A DNA stretch of 64,000 bases from a phage, in the sequence record PZ171032.1. One strand, given 5' to 3'. Of this stretch, positions 8,724 through 17,916 are shown in pieces. A model generated the notes under the pieces. That model saw only the letters and a program-made list of their open reading frames with translations. It was not told the DNA's origin and searched no databases. Within the stretch, counting starts at the first letter, position 1. Each line of letters starts with the position of its first letter. The position numbers and the translations under genes are program-made.

Positions 8724-8739
8724 CAAAAAGGAGATAGCC

Positions 8740-9189
8740 GTGTTGAGCAAACGTGAATGCGACAGCATTAGCCTGAATTCTTATAAGAAACAATGGTTTG
8801 GGGTGGAAGTTTGCCGACTGCGGCTAGGCTCCTACCTGAACTTCGTTTATTATGAGAGTGACAGTCGTATCGTTTCTTATGAAGTGTTCTACACTAAGAA
8901 CACATTCGAACTGCGCCGTAAAGTAGATGGCGGGAGAACTACCCCCCAGAATAATTGGGAAACTATTCTGCCTCCAGATGTTATAGGAAGTCCCCTGAAT
9001 GTATCTGAAGATGAAAATCTTATGGTTCATGCTATGATGGGACTTGACAGCTTAGAGCTGGCAATCTATGATATGTCCATCGAAGCAGTTAAGCTGGACT
9101 ACATCGAAAACACTTTAGAGGAAGGTATCAAGAAGTTTCTCAGTGAGAAATTAAAAGACCACTTTCATAAGGAGCTATATCTGTTATGA
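8740..9189 (+). CDS. hypothetical protein
   Basis: 149 aa; GTG start preceded by AAGGAG. Confidence 0.5.
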   Translation: MLSKRECDSISLNSYKKQWFGVEVCRLRLGSYLNFVYYESDSRIVSYEVFYTKNTFELRRKVDGGRTTPQNNWETILPPDVIGSPLNVSEDENLMVHAMMGLDSLELAIYDMSIEAVKLDYIENTLEEGIKKFLSEKLKDHFHKELYLL

Positions 9190-9431
9190 AGACCCGTAAA
9201 GAACGTAACAAAATTTTACCTGGAGCTCTCGAACACCTGATGAAGTGCAGATCTATTTGGCACTCTGCCAAGGAAGGGCAGAAGGTGGTTGTGGTTAGTG
9301 ACAATACCAACCCGTTTGGAGATTATACCACCATGATGGCCCCATATGTCCGTGATGGCGTTGTAGAAGTGGTCCCTTACAACGGTTTGCATGAACGGCA
9401 CTTTGAAAGCACTTTGCTAGTGGAGCTATAG
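9186..9431 (+). CDS. hypothetical protein
   Basis: 81 aa; start overlaps upstream stop. Confidence 0.45.
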   Translation: MKTRKERNKILPGALEHLMKCRSIWHSAKEGQKVVVVSDNTNPFGDYTTMMAPYVRDGVVEVVPYNGLHERHFESTLLVEL

Positions 9432-9433
9432 TC

Positions 9434-10000
9434 ATGGCGGTCAATGTGGCTTACAACACAGGAAAGCTTGACAGAGACATTGGGTGTCTTGTCCTTTCAG
9501 ATACAGAAGAGTATTGGGGTTATGGGTTGCTGTCAGACCCACACCCGAGCAACCTTGTATCAACAGTGCTATACCGCTACGACCCTGTGCCAACGGTACA
9601 CGACAAAGACATTCACGACCTTCGGATCAAGTGTCTGGAAGATCTGCTGAACAATGGTTGCAACGATCTGCGGGTAGCCAAGGAGAAGCTTACAAACATT
9701 CACAAAGAGGAAGTGATGAGTACCCTCAGTAAAAGATCAGTGCACAAAAAGATGATGCTGAACTTTGCAATGGGTATCTACATGGATGGGTATAAGGGAG
9801 GGGATCCGATCCTCAAGCTTCGCTGCCCGACACTGTGGGAAAGAGTGGTTGACAGTAAGGACGGTACTGCCCTGCTCGAACTCCACACTGCAGGTTGGAT
9901 TTGGCGGTATGTAGACGGATACCCTCTGTGGGCATGTGGACCTGGGGAATTTGTTGACAGACCTAGCGCGGTGGTGGACTTACTATTGCAGTTTGAATAA
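9434..10000 (+). CDS. hypothetical protein
   Basis: 188-aa ORF; the two overlapping plus ORFs in other frames (9444..9650, 9484..9732) are treated as spurious. Confidence 0.5.
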   Translation: MAVNVAYNTGKLDRDIGCLVLSDTEEYWGYGLLSDPHPSNLVSTVLYRYDPVPTVHDKDIHDLRIKCLEDLLNNGCNDLRVAKEKLTNIHKEEVMSTLSKRSVHKKMMLNFAMGIYMDGYKGGDPILKLRCPTLWERVVDSKDGTALLELHTAGWIWRYVDGYPLWACGPGEFVDRPSAVVDLLLQFE

Positions 10001-10057
10001 AAAGGTGAGTTATAAGGTATTCATACACCTACCAACAATACAACAGGAGAGACTAAG

Positions 10058-10333
10058 ATGACGAAAGAAGAGGCCGACGTATTAGATTTTGCACTAGAGG
10101 CTACGCAGGAGGCTTTGGTGTTAGCTTGGAAAATGAACCAGCGTGCTGCAGAATGCAACCGCCGCATCAATGAGATCTTGGGCATGTCTATGTATGATTT
10201 CACCATGCATGCCGGAGAGATTCCTGAATTAACTGCCGAGATGAATGATCTTGACGATAAAATTAATATCATTCTGAAGACAGCAGAAACAACTCACCAA
10301 ACCGCCCGTAAATTTATCAACGAGAAGGTGTGA
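10058..10333 (+). CDS. hypothetical coiled-coil protein
   Basis: 91 aa; CAGGAGAG RBS. Confidence 0.5.
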   Translation: MTKEEADVLDFALEATQEALVLAWKMNQRAAECNRRINEILGMSMYDFTMHAGEIPELTAEMNDLDDKINIILKTAETTHQTARKFINEKV

Positions 10334-10800
10334 ATATGGACTACAGCTACTGCGGGGAAGAAGTCCCTTTTAATTACAGCAATCTTACCACGAGCAATCC
10401 ATATGAGACTCGCCACGGCACGCACATCATTGCCATCGACTTTGATGGAACGTTTAATGCGAGCCCTTTCATCTTCTCCCGCCTGATCAGGGATCTGAAG
10501 AAGGAGGGGTGGACAGTCTACCTTGTGACTTTCCGATTCATTACTCAAGACAATGTAGACATTGAGTATTGGCGCAAGGAGCTCGATGTTGGTGTGTTCT
10601 ACACAGGTGGTGTTCAGAAGGCAGCCTACCTGGCGCAGTTTGATATCTACCCAGATATCTGGATTGATGATTCTCCGGCATGTATTCCGGCTAAGAATCA
10701 GTTAGAGTTTGCAATGAAGGAGATTGAGTATAAGTCTGAGGCTAAGCGGAACGGATGGCCCTTTATTATTGAAGATTACCCAGATCCTGAACCGGAGTAA
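10330..10800 (+). CDS. HAD-superfamily hydrolase (putative nucleotidase/phosphatase)
   Basis: 156 aa; motif I IIAIDFDGT (hhhhDxDGT), LVTFR (motif II-like), WIDDSP (acidic motif IV-like). Confidence 0.5.
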   Translation: MNMDYSYCGEEVPFNYSNLTTSNPYETRHGTHIIAIDFDGTFNASPFIFSRLIRDLKKEGWTVYLVTFRFITQDNVDIEYWRKELDVGVFYTGGVQKAAYLAQFDIYPDIWIDDSPACIPAKNQLEFAMKEIEYKSEAKRNGWPFIIEDYPDPEPE

Positions 10801-10805
10801 GAGCC

Positions 10806-10976
10806 ATGAGGCGAAGATATCATTACCTGATGTGGAAGTTATATCAAAATGCTGCCAAAGCCTATCATACCATGTTTGGCAATGACGATCACTACATCAT
10901 GTTACATCTCACCGCTATTGAGCATCACAATGAGTGGATTCATGCAATCGTGGCAGGTGATAAAGACTTTAAGTAA
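10806..10976 (+). CDS. small hypothetical protein (56 aa)
   Basis: Hand-found ORF below track threshold; GGAG ~9 nt upstream of ATG; fills intergenic gap. Confidence 0.3.
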   Translation: MRRRYHYLMWKLYQNAAKAYHTMFGNDDHYIMLHLTAIEHHNEWIHAIVAGDKDFK

Positions 10977-11026
10977 AGTATACCTCAAAAACGTATAGTG
11001 CGGCTTTCTAGACGGAGACTGATTAA

Positions 11027-11407
11027 ATGTGCAAGTGTAAATCCTATAATTGGAAAGTGAAAGGTGCCAATCATCCAAATGTTATCGTTGATGTGCCTAA
11101 AAATCTTCGTGACGGCAAAAAACGTGTGTGCCTTGATAAGTGTATGGCTAAGCCTATCATGAGTTTGTGGGCAGCAGGTTTGAAAACGCTAAACTGCTGC
11201 TGTGGTCATAACAAAGATATTCCAAGCATCATTATCCCAGAAGATGCAGATCCTAAAGCTTATGCCAAAATACTGACCCGCTATCCCAGCACCTTCCTGA
11301 TCGGAAAATGGTGTCACGATGAACTCCAATGGTGGATAGCCTATGGTAGTATAGGCACTACTTTTGGCTTCCCAGCTTTGTCAGAGCGCTATGTCAAAGT
11401 GTCATAA
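11027..11407 (+). CDS. hypothetical cysteine-rich protein
   Basis: 126 aa; CKCK, CLDKC, CCCGH cysteine clusters; GGAG RBS. Confidence 0.5.
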   Translation: MCKCKSYNWKVKGANHPNVIVDVPKNLRDGKKRVCLDKCMAKPIMSLWAAGLKTLNCCCGHNKDIPSIIIPEDADPKAYAKILTRYPSTFLIGKWCHDELQWWIAYGSIGTTFGFPALSERYVKVS

Positions 11408-11416
11408 TAGAATTTA

Positions 11417-11434
11417 AGGCCTCAAACGAGGCCT
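11417..11434 (+). terminator. hairpin AGGCCTC-AAAC-GAGGCCT (possible weak terminator)
   Basis: Perfect 7-bp stem right after stop of 11027..11407; only a weak U tract follows. Confidence 0.35.
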
Positions 11435-11511
11435 GTGCCTTCATAAATTTCCCCACCCTGTGCGATTGCCTTCCTGAATAAAATACCCTCTCAGATCTCT
11501 TAAAATTAAGC

Positions 11512-11540
11512 TTGACACCACCACCAGATCTATATATAAT
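11512..11540 (+). promoter_or_regulatory. consensus sigma70 promoter (TTGACA-17 bp-TATAAT)
   Basis: Exact -35 TTGACA at 11512-11517, 17-bp spacer, exact -10 TATAAT at 11535-11540; about 33 nt upstream of ATG 11573. Confidence 0.6.
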
Positions 11541-11572
11541 TCTCACCAACCAACCAAACAGAGGAGATCGTC

Positions 11573-11980
11573 ATGGATAATCTTGCAGATGTAAATGTCG
11601 AAATTGTTAAACTAAAGTTCTTGGGCTTTCGGGACCCTTATTCTTTAACAGCCATACTAATGGATACTCACTTCACACCAGGTAAAGAGTACACTGCCTT
11701 CCGTTATATTTGCGGAGATCACGAATCAGCTTACAGTGTGAATACAAACCTCGGCGAGGGATATTTCATCAGAGATATCACAGATCACTTGTGGGGCATG
11801 TGGGAGTTGGTGGAGGAAGAGAATAAATCCCTTCCTAAAGAGATTTGGGTGCACACCTTCCACACAGGTAAGTTTGGAGGTACGGAACATAAGTCTATCC
11901 ACTATGATGAAGAAAGTGCCATCAAACAACAAGCTGTGCTTGGTGGATCTATAGAAAAATTTGTTAAATGCGAGGACTGA
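11573..11980 (+). CDS. hypothetical protein
   Basis: 135 aa; GAGGAG RBS. Confidence 0.5.
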   Translation: MDNLADVNVEIVKLKFLGFRDPYSLTAILMDTHFTPGKEYTAFRYICGDHESAYSVNTNLGEGYFIRDITDHLWGMWELVEEENKSLPKEIWVHTFHTGKFGGTEHKSIHYDEESAIKQQAVLGGSIEKFVKCED

Positions 11981-11983
11981 GAA

Positions 11984-12184
11984 ATGGCTGATTTTTGTAA
12001 AGATTGCTCTGAAGAGTTGTTTGGCTTTGACTGCAAAGATTTGGAAGGTCTGATCACTGAGGATCAGTGGAAGGAAGGCTATGCAGCACCTGTTATTTGT
12101 GAAGGTTGTGGCTATACCTATGTTGACCATAAAGGTAAGCGCGTCAAGCCGTCTGAAGATGGGGCATGTTGGGAGTATTACTAA
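11984..12184 (+). CDS. small zinc-ribbon-like protein
   Basis: 66 aa; CKDC...CEGCG cysteine pairs. Confidence 0.45.
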   Translation: MADFCKDCSEELFGFDCKDLEGLITEDQWKEGYAAPVICEGCGYTYVDHKGKRVKPSEDGACWEYY

Positions 12185-12190
12185 CTATAA

Positions 12191-12218
12191 AAAGAAAGGG
12201 GCCGTTTGGCCCCTTTTT
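12191..12218. terminator. bidirectional rho-independent terminator between convergent blocks
   Basis: GGGGCC-GTTT-GGCCCC hairpin (12198-12213) flanked by A-run upstream and T-run downstream; sits between plus gene ending 12184 and minus gene ending 12232. Confidence 0.7.
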
Positions 12219-12231
12219 ATTTACCCCCTTG

Positions 12232-15200
12232 TTAACGAGAAAAGGTTGCGTAGGCTTCTAGACGATACTGCTGGTCACCAGGGAACATAACACCTATAGA
12301 GGCTGTCCCTAGAATCCTGCCTTCCTTTCCAGACTCCATTCTGAACCCTACCCATCCTGAACTCCTTGCAGCCTCGATGTTGTCGCTATACCCGAAAGTG
12401 GCAAGATCGTCAACACCAGCCCCAAACAGCAACTGAAGCTGACTTCTCGGAAGCCCTATAATTTCAGGAATATACGCACCAAAGTACACCATCTGCCCTA
12501 CCTTAGGACCGCTGCCGTACTCCATCGGTTTGCTTGTAGAGAAAGTCTTCATACCAGAAGTACCTGCCGGATTAGGGTATGCCCCGTTTGTTGCTGTACC
12601 TATCCACATTCTCCACTGTGGTGCCATCTGTTTGACAGTAAAAGATGTTGAAGACGTTTTGCGCCCTGCATCATCTGTAACTACAAACTTTATGGTGACA
12701 TTCCCAGTAGCTTTAAATGTTACCAGTCCTGTGGTGGCATCCACTGTTGCAATGTTGGTATTACTACTTTCCCAAGTCTTTCTAATCCCGGATACGTTGG
12801 AAGGGGTAATAGAAGGTTCCTGCATCTGCAGTTTACCGCCCACAATCCCTATGCCGTTGCCAGGATTATACAGTGCACCAACCTCGTCTATAATGTTCCC
12901 TGCTTTGAGACTATACTTCCTTGAGAAATTGTAGGTTCCGTTATAAGTGTGTGTCCCTGAGAAGGTGACATCTGCCTTCCCGTAAGAGATGCAAACCAAC
13001 GCATACTTCCTGTCAGGCAACGTTTCTCCAGTCTCTGGGTGAGTTTTACCTACCTGGAACACACTCGGGTCAGTAGAGTCGTGACTATCACTAACGGAGC
13101 TTGGACCGCCCATCAACTGTGACAAACAATTCCTTACCCATGTCCAGTTATTATCGCTGGAGAAGTCCACAGTCAAATCAAACACAACCCACTCATTTGG
13201 CTTCCACACAGGTGTTGTAATGGACTTGCCTACACCACCTCCTTGGAGTGTTGCCGACTGTTCAGTGATCAGGGCCGCATAGGCCAGAGTTCCTAAACTC
13301 AGAGTCTGGCTTGCTGTCCTCACTACCTTAGAATCAGCATCTGTGAAGTTGTTGATGATTTGGAATGTGCCATAAGTGTTTTTACAGGTAATTCTGGCGT
13401 TCAGTGTGTCAATCTTCCTCACATCTGCCATAGCAGTGTTAGACACAGAGAAGTCAGAAGCTTTAGCTGAGTTTGCCGCAACAGCAGGATCAACGTTAAG
13501 AGTTGCGTTGAACTGACAAGCAGGAGTAACCAGTAGCTTGTTATCACCTATTTGCTTCCATGAAACACTTTGAACAGGGAGATTCCATTTAATACCTGAG
13601 AAAACCTTAGCAACCCTTGGCCCCAAAGCTCCAGTCCTGTTGTCTTTACAGCACATAGACATGGTGATCGTTGACGGAGTGGCCTGACCAAATAATTGCT
13701 GTGCTTTTGCAGAGGACATAGTGTAGAAATTGTCCTTAACAAACTCATCAGCAGCTAAAGATCCATCAGCTCTCCACCACTGAACCTGATACCCTGTTTT
13801 GTCCCAACCACCGACCTGCTTCAAGTCCTCCCAGGAGATTTCCAGATCCCCGGTGGTAGGATTGATTGCAGCAGTTCCTGGTGTTCCAGATGACCATATT
13901 GGAATATCGAACCACGCTGGTTTAACCGACTGCACTGCGCTGGGACCTATTGCGGCAGCAAGTTGCTGGCCCATCAATACGCGAGCATCTTTCACCAGAC
14001 CCCACTCAATCATAGACCCAGAGTAACCTTCTTTCTTGTAGGCTGAGGATCCGTTCAAATGGATGAGTCGGCTTGTGCCAAAGTTATGTGCTCCACCACC
14101 GTTGTCGTCTGCAAAATTGGTTATGATTCTGTCCCTGATATTTTTCCATGCCCTGCCTCCAATCTCGTAGTCATGGTCATAACATCTTTGCAGTGTTGTC
14201 CAGCAAATGATCGCCATCCTTCTACCATTGCTGAAGCCAAAGGCCTGATCGTTAAGCTCTCTCCACAAGTAGCAGTTGGTGGTCCACATGGCCCTATGAA
14301 TGTTAAACCAGTTTATAGATTTGGCTGAGTTGTTCCACTGAGTCCCAGGTAATTCAGGCCATACTGCATTAACCAGCATGTCTTCTGTTCCTGCATCAAC
14401 CAGGAACCCTCTCACCTTCTTACCCATGCCTACCCTATCTTTTGCAATCCAACTGCCAAACAATCTCAGTTTTGGACCGTAGACAACATCTTCCGGATGC
14501 TCAAAAGAAATATATTTTAGGTATATTGTAGGGTCACCATAGGTGCCATCACAAACAGCTTTGTGCATGTTCTCACCAAGGTCTAGACGAAGTCCTGTTA
14601 CAACTCTAGACGTGTCGGTGAATTTGTCTGTTAAATCAAACTCATACCACCACCAACCTGCACCCAACAATACTTTCTTACAACGCTGTGCATCTGTATC
14701 AGATATTCTCTTATCGCCTGCAAAAGGTGAGTCAGCAAACTGATAGTGCAGAGCAACCTCAAAAGGATGTGTGGATGTCCCGTTTTCTGCAAGAACTTGT
14801 TTACCTATCAGGTCGCACTTAATGATCATCACAACACGTTTGTATCCGTTTGTTACCGGAATTTGCATGGACATGGATGTCCCATCCATGTTTGATCTCA
14901 GTGCAGTCATGATGATATAAGGGTCAACGGCATTGCCCAAAGTCTCAGGACCGGGGATTATCTTATACTTCTTGACCTGCCCCATGATGTAGTCACTTGC
15001 GTAAGTTGCCTCATTCAAGCAAGATCCTCCACCAGGTAACTCACCAGGTCCCCAGAAAAATGCGCCGTAACAGTTGTAGAACCACTTGTTAGGATCGTAT
15101 TTATTCTTGAAGGTCTGAACCTCGTTGGCCTGTTTTGTCAAGAAAACCTGCGTGTCTGTGAAGATTGCAGGGTTTACTCTCGCCTGTCTTGGAGGGTAAC

Positions 15201-17868
15201 CTGTAGTTTGGTTAAACCACAAATTACAAGAGTAATCCCTCATATAGTCATAATCAGAGTATTTGTTTACATCTTCGTTCCAACACATGTTTAGGTTGGT
15301 ACCGCCCATGCATACAATATATTCTGCGACATACTTATCACTTCTGGTAGGAATACCTATGAACCATCTGTTAACAGGCTCATCCCAAGCTGTGCGCTCA
15401 TCTTTAACGCAGATAGCAATCCAGTCATGTGTTCCTGTTTTCTTGCACACATCTCGCTTCATACCATAGTAGAACTCTTTAGTATTCGGCTCAGGTGCAT
15501 TTATCAGGTAACTCCATGCCTGATTTGCATAAGTTCCATTGGTGCGTGGATCATGATCAAAGGCATACATGATGATCCTTTCCCCACCAAGATGTTCGCC
15601 AAGAGTAACTTTGACATTCACATCGCCGTAACCATTGCGAACAACATCCATATTGTCAATAGAGATGCCTCTGGGAGTGTAGGCAATCTTCAGCGAGTTA
15701 TCCTCACTAGTGCCACCAAGTGTAATCCCTATGTTGTTTGTTGTCCCGTCGGCATATCTTACTGTGGCTTCCCAGCGTATTCCGAAATATCCTGCATCAT
15801 GGCTAACAATTTTCAGTGTACGAGCACCAGAGTTAGGTTTTCCAGGATCAGGCCAAGGATTTGGATGTTCATGGACAGTCAACGATGTCCCGTTTTGCTC
15901 GTTGACCTGCAACATTTTACCGCCTCTGCCGTTAGGGTTGAACTCCCACAAGGCTTGTGTTTTCACAATATTGTCATACGTGGTACGTCTCTGATCGTAG
16001 ATCTCCTGAGTCACATCGTAGGTTACAGACCCGGCATCCATTCTATGGAGTCGTACTATATACGATGTATCGCCTTCTACAGCAGGTTGAGCTGCGTTAA
16101 GCCCGAAGTATACAGTATCGTTGACATGGAACTGTTTGTTTCTACCGACAGTATGCCACTTGCCGTTGGACGGGTACGCTGGGACGATAGTGTTCCAGTT
16201 CAAAGTCCTTGTTGTGTGGGTTCTGCCTGTGCCATGTTTGTCATGATAGGTTATTTTTACAGAGTACAGTCCACGTCTGTTAACATTTCTGTTATATTGG
16301 GTAACAACAACTTCGTTGGCCCCGCCGTGGTTCCAGTTGGTGGAGAATTGGTAATTTGCATCTGTAACAACCGTGCCTGCAGCATTTACCAGTTCAATCT
16401 TGTCAATAATGAACGTAGCCCCCTCTGGCTGAGGCTTCAATTTCATCTTGACCGTGTCACCAATGTAAATATTGCTAACGCTGCTAACACCGTTAACTTC
16501 GAAAATATAATCAACACCCCAACTGTCTACTGGGACATTTTTATACCAATTCTCAGGAACCTCTGTGAACCCCTGGCTATTAAGTCTGCCGCCAAACAGG
16601 TTGTTAGATCCTGCAAAACTTCCCCTTGGGATGCCTGACCACCAAAGTTTACCATTAACAACAGTAAAGGTTCCTAAGAAACCTTCTCTGTGGATGCCTT
16701 GGAAATAAACACTCTCTGTCCAGCTAACTGGCAGGCGTTGCTCAACATATTTAGCTGTAGCAAGAGCTTGATAGTGGATAAAATTAGCCCTAGGGCTATT
16801 GTTTGCAGATTGTGCACCAATATCATTACACAAGTTGCGAGAGAATCCACGATACTGTTTAGTGCCATTATTGAAGAAAATGCCACTTGTGCCATATCCA
16901 CGAGCCATTATCACCTCATGGGTGTAGGTGATATTTAAGGAACGCCATGTGTCATCTCCCCAGACGTCTTGCCCGTAGAATACGTTAACAAGCTGCTGGT
17001 CATTGGGTTTGTGCATCCTCTGTGTGGCAATTATTGCCCCGTTAGGGCCACACATAAACCCTTTCCACTCCTCATCTGCAGGAATGCCCCTCAAATCGTT
17101 ACGAGTAATCTGCACAGGGGGCCAAACAAGGTCGTTTCTACTGTTATTTCTCAGAAAGTCGTATCCAGCAATCCAGAAACCCCTAGGACCACCGAAAATA
17201 ACAGAGTTGTCATGCACCTCACAGTTGATGCTTGGGTTTTTCCAAGGGCCTGTTTCAGGATTTTCCGATGTCTCACCAATCTTTACAGGGGTTGCATGCT
17301 GATTTTTATCTACATGCAAAGATCCGTAGGTGTTGTTACCAGATCCATACAGGTTAAGTATGCCAGTACCTTCTGCCTCTGCAATAACCCAGACAGTGTT
17401 GTTAATACCGCCCATCACCTCAATAAGGCGTTCTGGGTGGGTGTCAAGGTGCAATCCTTTAACAATCTGCTCTGGGAGTGGTGTCCACTCGTTTACGCAA
17501 ACATCATTACCGCCTGCCGCAGTGGATCCGATAAGACCTGCAGTGCAGCCGATGTAGAAAAACTGGTTATCAAAAGTCCGGATCACAAACGCGCGGTCTG
17601 CTCTCCACACATGATCAACATTCCAGGCTGTTTCGCTCGGATAGTTTATAGGGCTACGATCCCCAGTGCGGCACTCTCCGAACTTGTTATAGCCAGTAAT
17701 ATTAAGCTGACCATCATCAAAAAGTATAGCTAAGCTATTTACATAGGATACTGTGTTGCTTGTACCATCACTGTTGTCTATTGGGTATGACAGAACAGCA
17801 AGTTCCTTAATTCCACCCCTCTTATCGAGGAAATGACGACCAAGTTTTAGCAAAGGGATTGGAAGCAT
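12232..17868 (-). CDS. giant virion protein (1878 aa), putative tail fibre/tailspike with C-terminal Ig-like (Big_2-like) domain
   Basis: Uninterrupted 5.6-kb ORF at distal end of tail-fibre cluster; C-terminal segment ATVDATTGLVTFKATGNVTIKFVVTD resembles bacterial Ig-like group 2 domains; function not resolved. Confidence 0.55.
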   Translation of the reverse strand: MLPIPLLKLGRHFLDKRGGIKELAVLSYPIDNSDGTSNTVSYVNSLAILFDDGQLNITGYNKFGECRTGDRSPINYPSETAWNVDHVWRADRAFVIRTFDNQFFYIGCTAGLIGSTAAGGNDVCVNEWTPLPEQIVKGLHLDTHPERLIEVMGGINNTVWVIAEAEGTGILNLYGSGNNTYGSLHVDKNQHATPVKIGETSENPETGPWKNPSINCEVHDNSVIFGGPRGFWIAGYDFLRNNSRNDLVWPPVQITRNDLRGIPADEEWKGFMCGPNGAIIATQRMHKPNDQQLVNVFYGQDVWGDDTWRSLNITYTHEVIMARGYGTSGIFFNNGTKQYRGFSRNLCNDIGAQSANNSPRANFIHYQALATAKYVEQRLPVSWTESVYFQGIHREGFLGTFTVVNGKLWWSGIPRGSFAGSNNLFGGRLNSQGFTEVPENWYKNVPVDSWGVDYIFEVNGVSSVSNIYIGDTVKMKLKPQPEGATFIIDKIELVNAAGTVVTDANYQFSTNWNHGGANEVVVTQYNRNVNRRGLYSVKITYHDKHGTGRTHTTRTLNWNTIVPAYPSNGKWHTVGRNKQFHVNDTVYFGLNAAQPAVEGDTSYIVRLHRMDAGSVTYDVTQEIYDQRRTTYDNIVKTQALWEFNPNGRGGKMLQVNEQNGTSLTVHEHPNPWPDPGKPNSGARTLKIVSHDAGYFGIRWEATVRYADGTTNNIGITLGGTSEDNSLKIAYTPRGISIDNMDVVRNGYGDVNVKVTLGEHLGGERIIMYAFDHDPRTNGTYANQAWSYLINAPEPNTKEFYYGMKRDVCKKTGTHDWIAICVKDERTAWDEPVNRWFIGIPTRSDKYVAEYIVCMGGTNLNMCWNEDVNKYSDYDYMRDYSCNLWFNQTTGYPPRQARVNPAIFTDTQVFLTKQANEVQTFKNKYDPNKWFYNCYGAFFWGPGELPGGGSCLNEATYASDYIMGQVKKYKIIPGPETLGNAVDPYIIMTALRSNMDGTSMSMQIPVTNGYKRVVMIIKCDLIGKQVLAENGTSTHPFEVALHYQFADSPFAGDKRISDTDAQRCKKVLLGAGWWWYEFDLTDKFTDTSRVVTGLRLDLGENMHKAVCDGTYGDPTIYLKYISFEHPEDVVYGPKLRLFGSWIAKDRVGMGKKVRGFLVDAGTEDMLVNAVWPELPGTQWNNSAKSINWFNIHRAMWTTNCYLWRELNDQAFGFSNGRRMAIICWTTLQRCYDHDYEIGGRAWKNIRDRIITNFADDNGGGAHNFGTSRLIHLNGSSAYKKEGYSGSMIEWGLVKDARVLMGQQLAAAIGPSAVQSVKPAWFDIPIWSSGTPGTAAINPTTGDLEISWEDLKQVGGWDKTGYQVQWWRADGSLAADEFVKDNFYTMSSAKAQQLFGQATPSTITMSMCCKDNRTGALGPRVAKVFSGIKWNLPVQSVSWKQIGDNKLLVTPACQFNATLNVDPAVAANSAKASDFSVSNTAMADVRKIDTLNARITCKNTYGTFQIINNFTDADSKVVRTASQTLSLGTLAYAALITEQSATLQGGGVGKSITTPVWKPNEWVVFDLTVDFSSDNNWTWVRNCLSQLMGGPSSVSDSHDSTDPSVFQVGKTHPETGETLPDRKYALVCISYGKADVTFSGTHTYNGTYNFSRKYSLKAGNIIDEVGALYNPGNGIGIVGGKLQMQEPSITPSNVSGIRKTWESSNTNIATVDATTGLVTFKATGNVTIKFVVTDDAGRKTSSTSFTVKQMAPQWRMWIGTATNGAYPNPAGTSGMKTFSTSKPMEYGSGPKVGQMVYFGAYIPEIIGLPRSQLQLLFGAGVDDLATFGYSDNIEAARSSGWVGFRMESGKEGRILGTASIGVMFPGDQQYRLEAYATFSR

Positions 17869-17885
17869 TGTGTTCTCCAGATAAG

Positions 17886-17910
17886 AAAACCGCCCCGTCA
17901 GGAGCGGTTA
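17886..17910 (-). terminator. possible terminator hairpin (AACCGC...GCGGTT + U-rich)
   Basis: Hairpin then UUUUCUUAU on minus strand between genes 17917..19662 and 12232..17868. Confidence 0.35.
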
Positions 17911-17916
17911 GATATA

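Noticed and set aside
15427-16638. 403-aa plus-strand ORF (and 16969..17733, 254 aa) inside the 1878-aa minus-strand gene
   Set aside because: Antisense to a long, well-supported structural gene; Cys/Arg/Ile-rich low-complexity translation typical of reverse-strand artefacts; no RBS.
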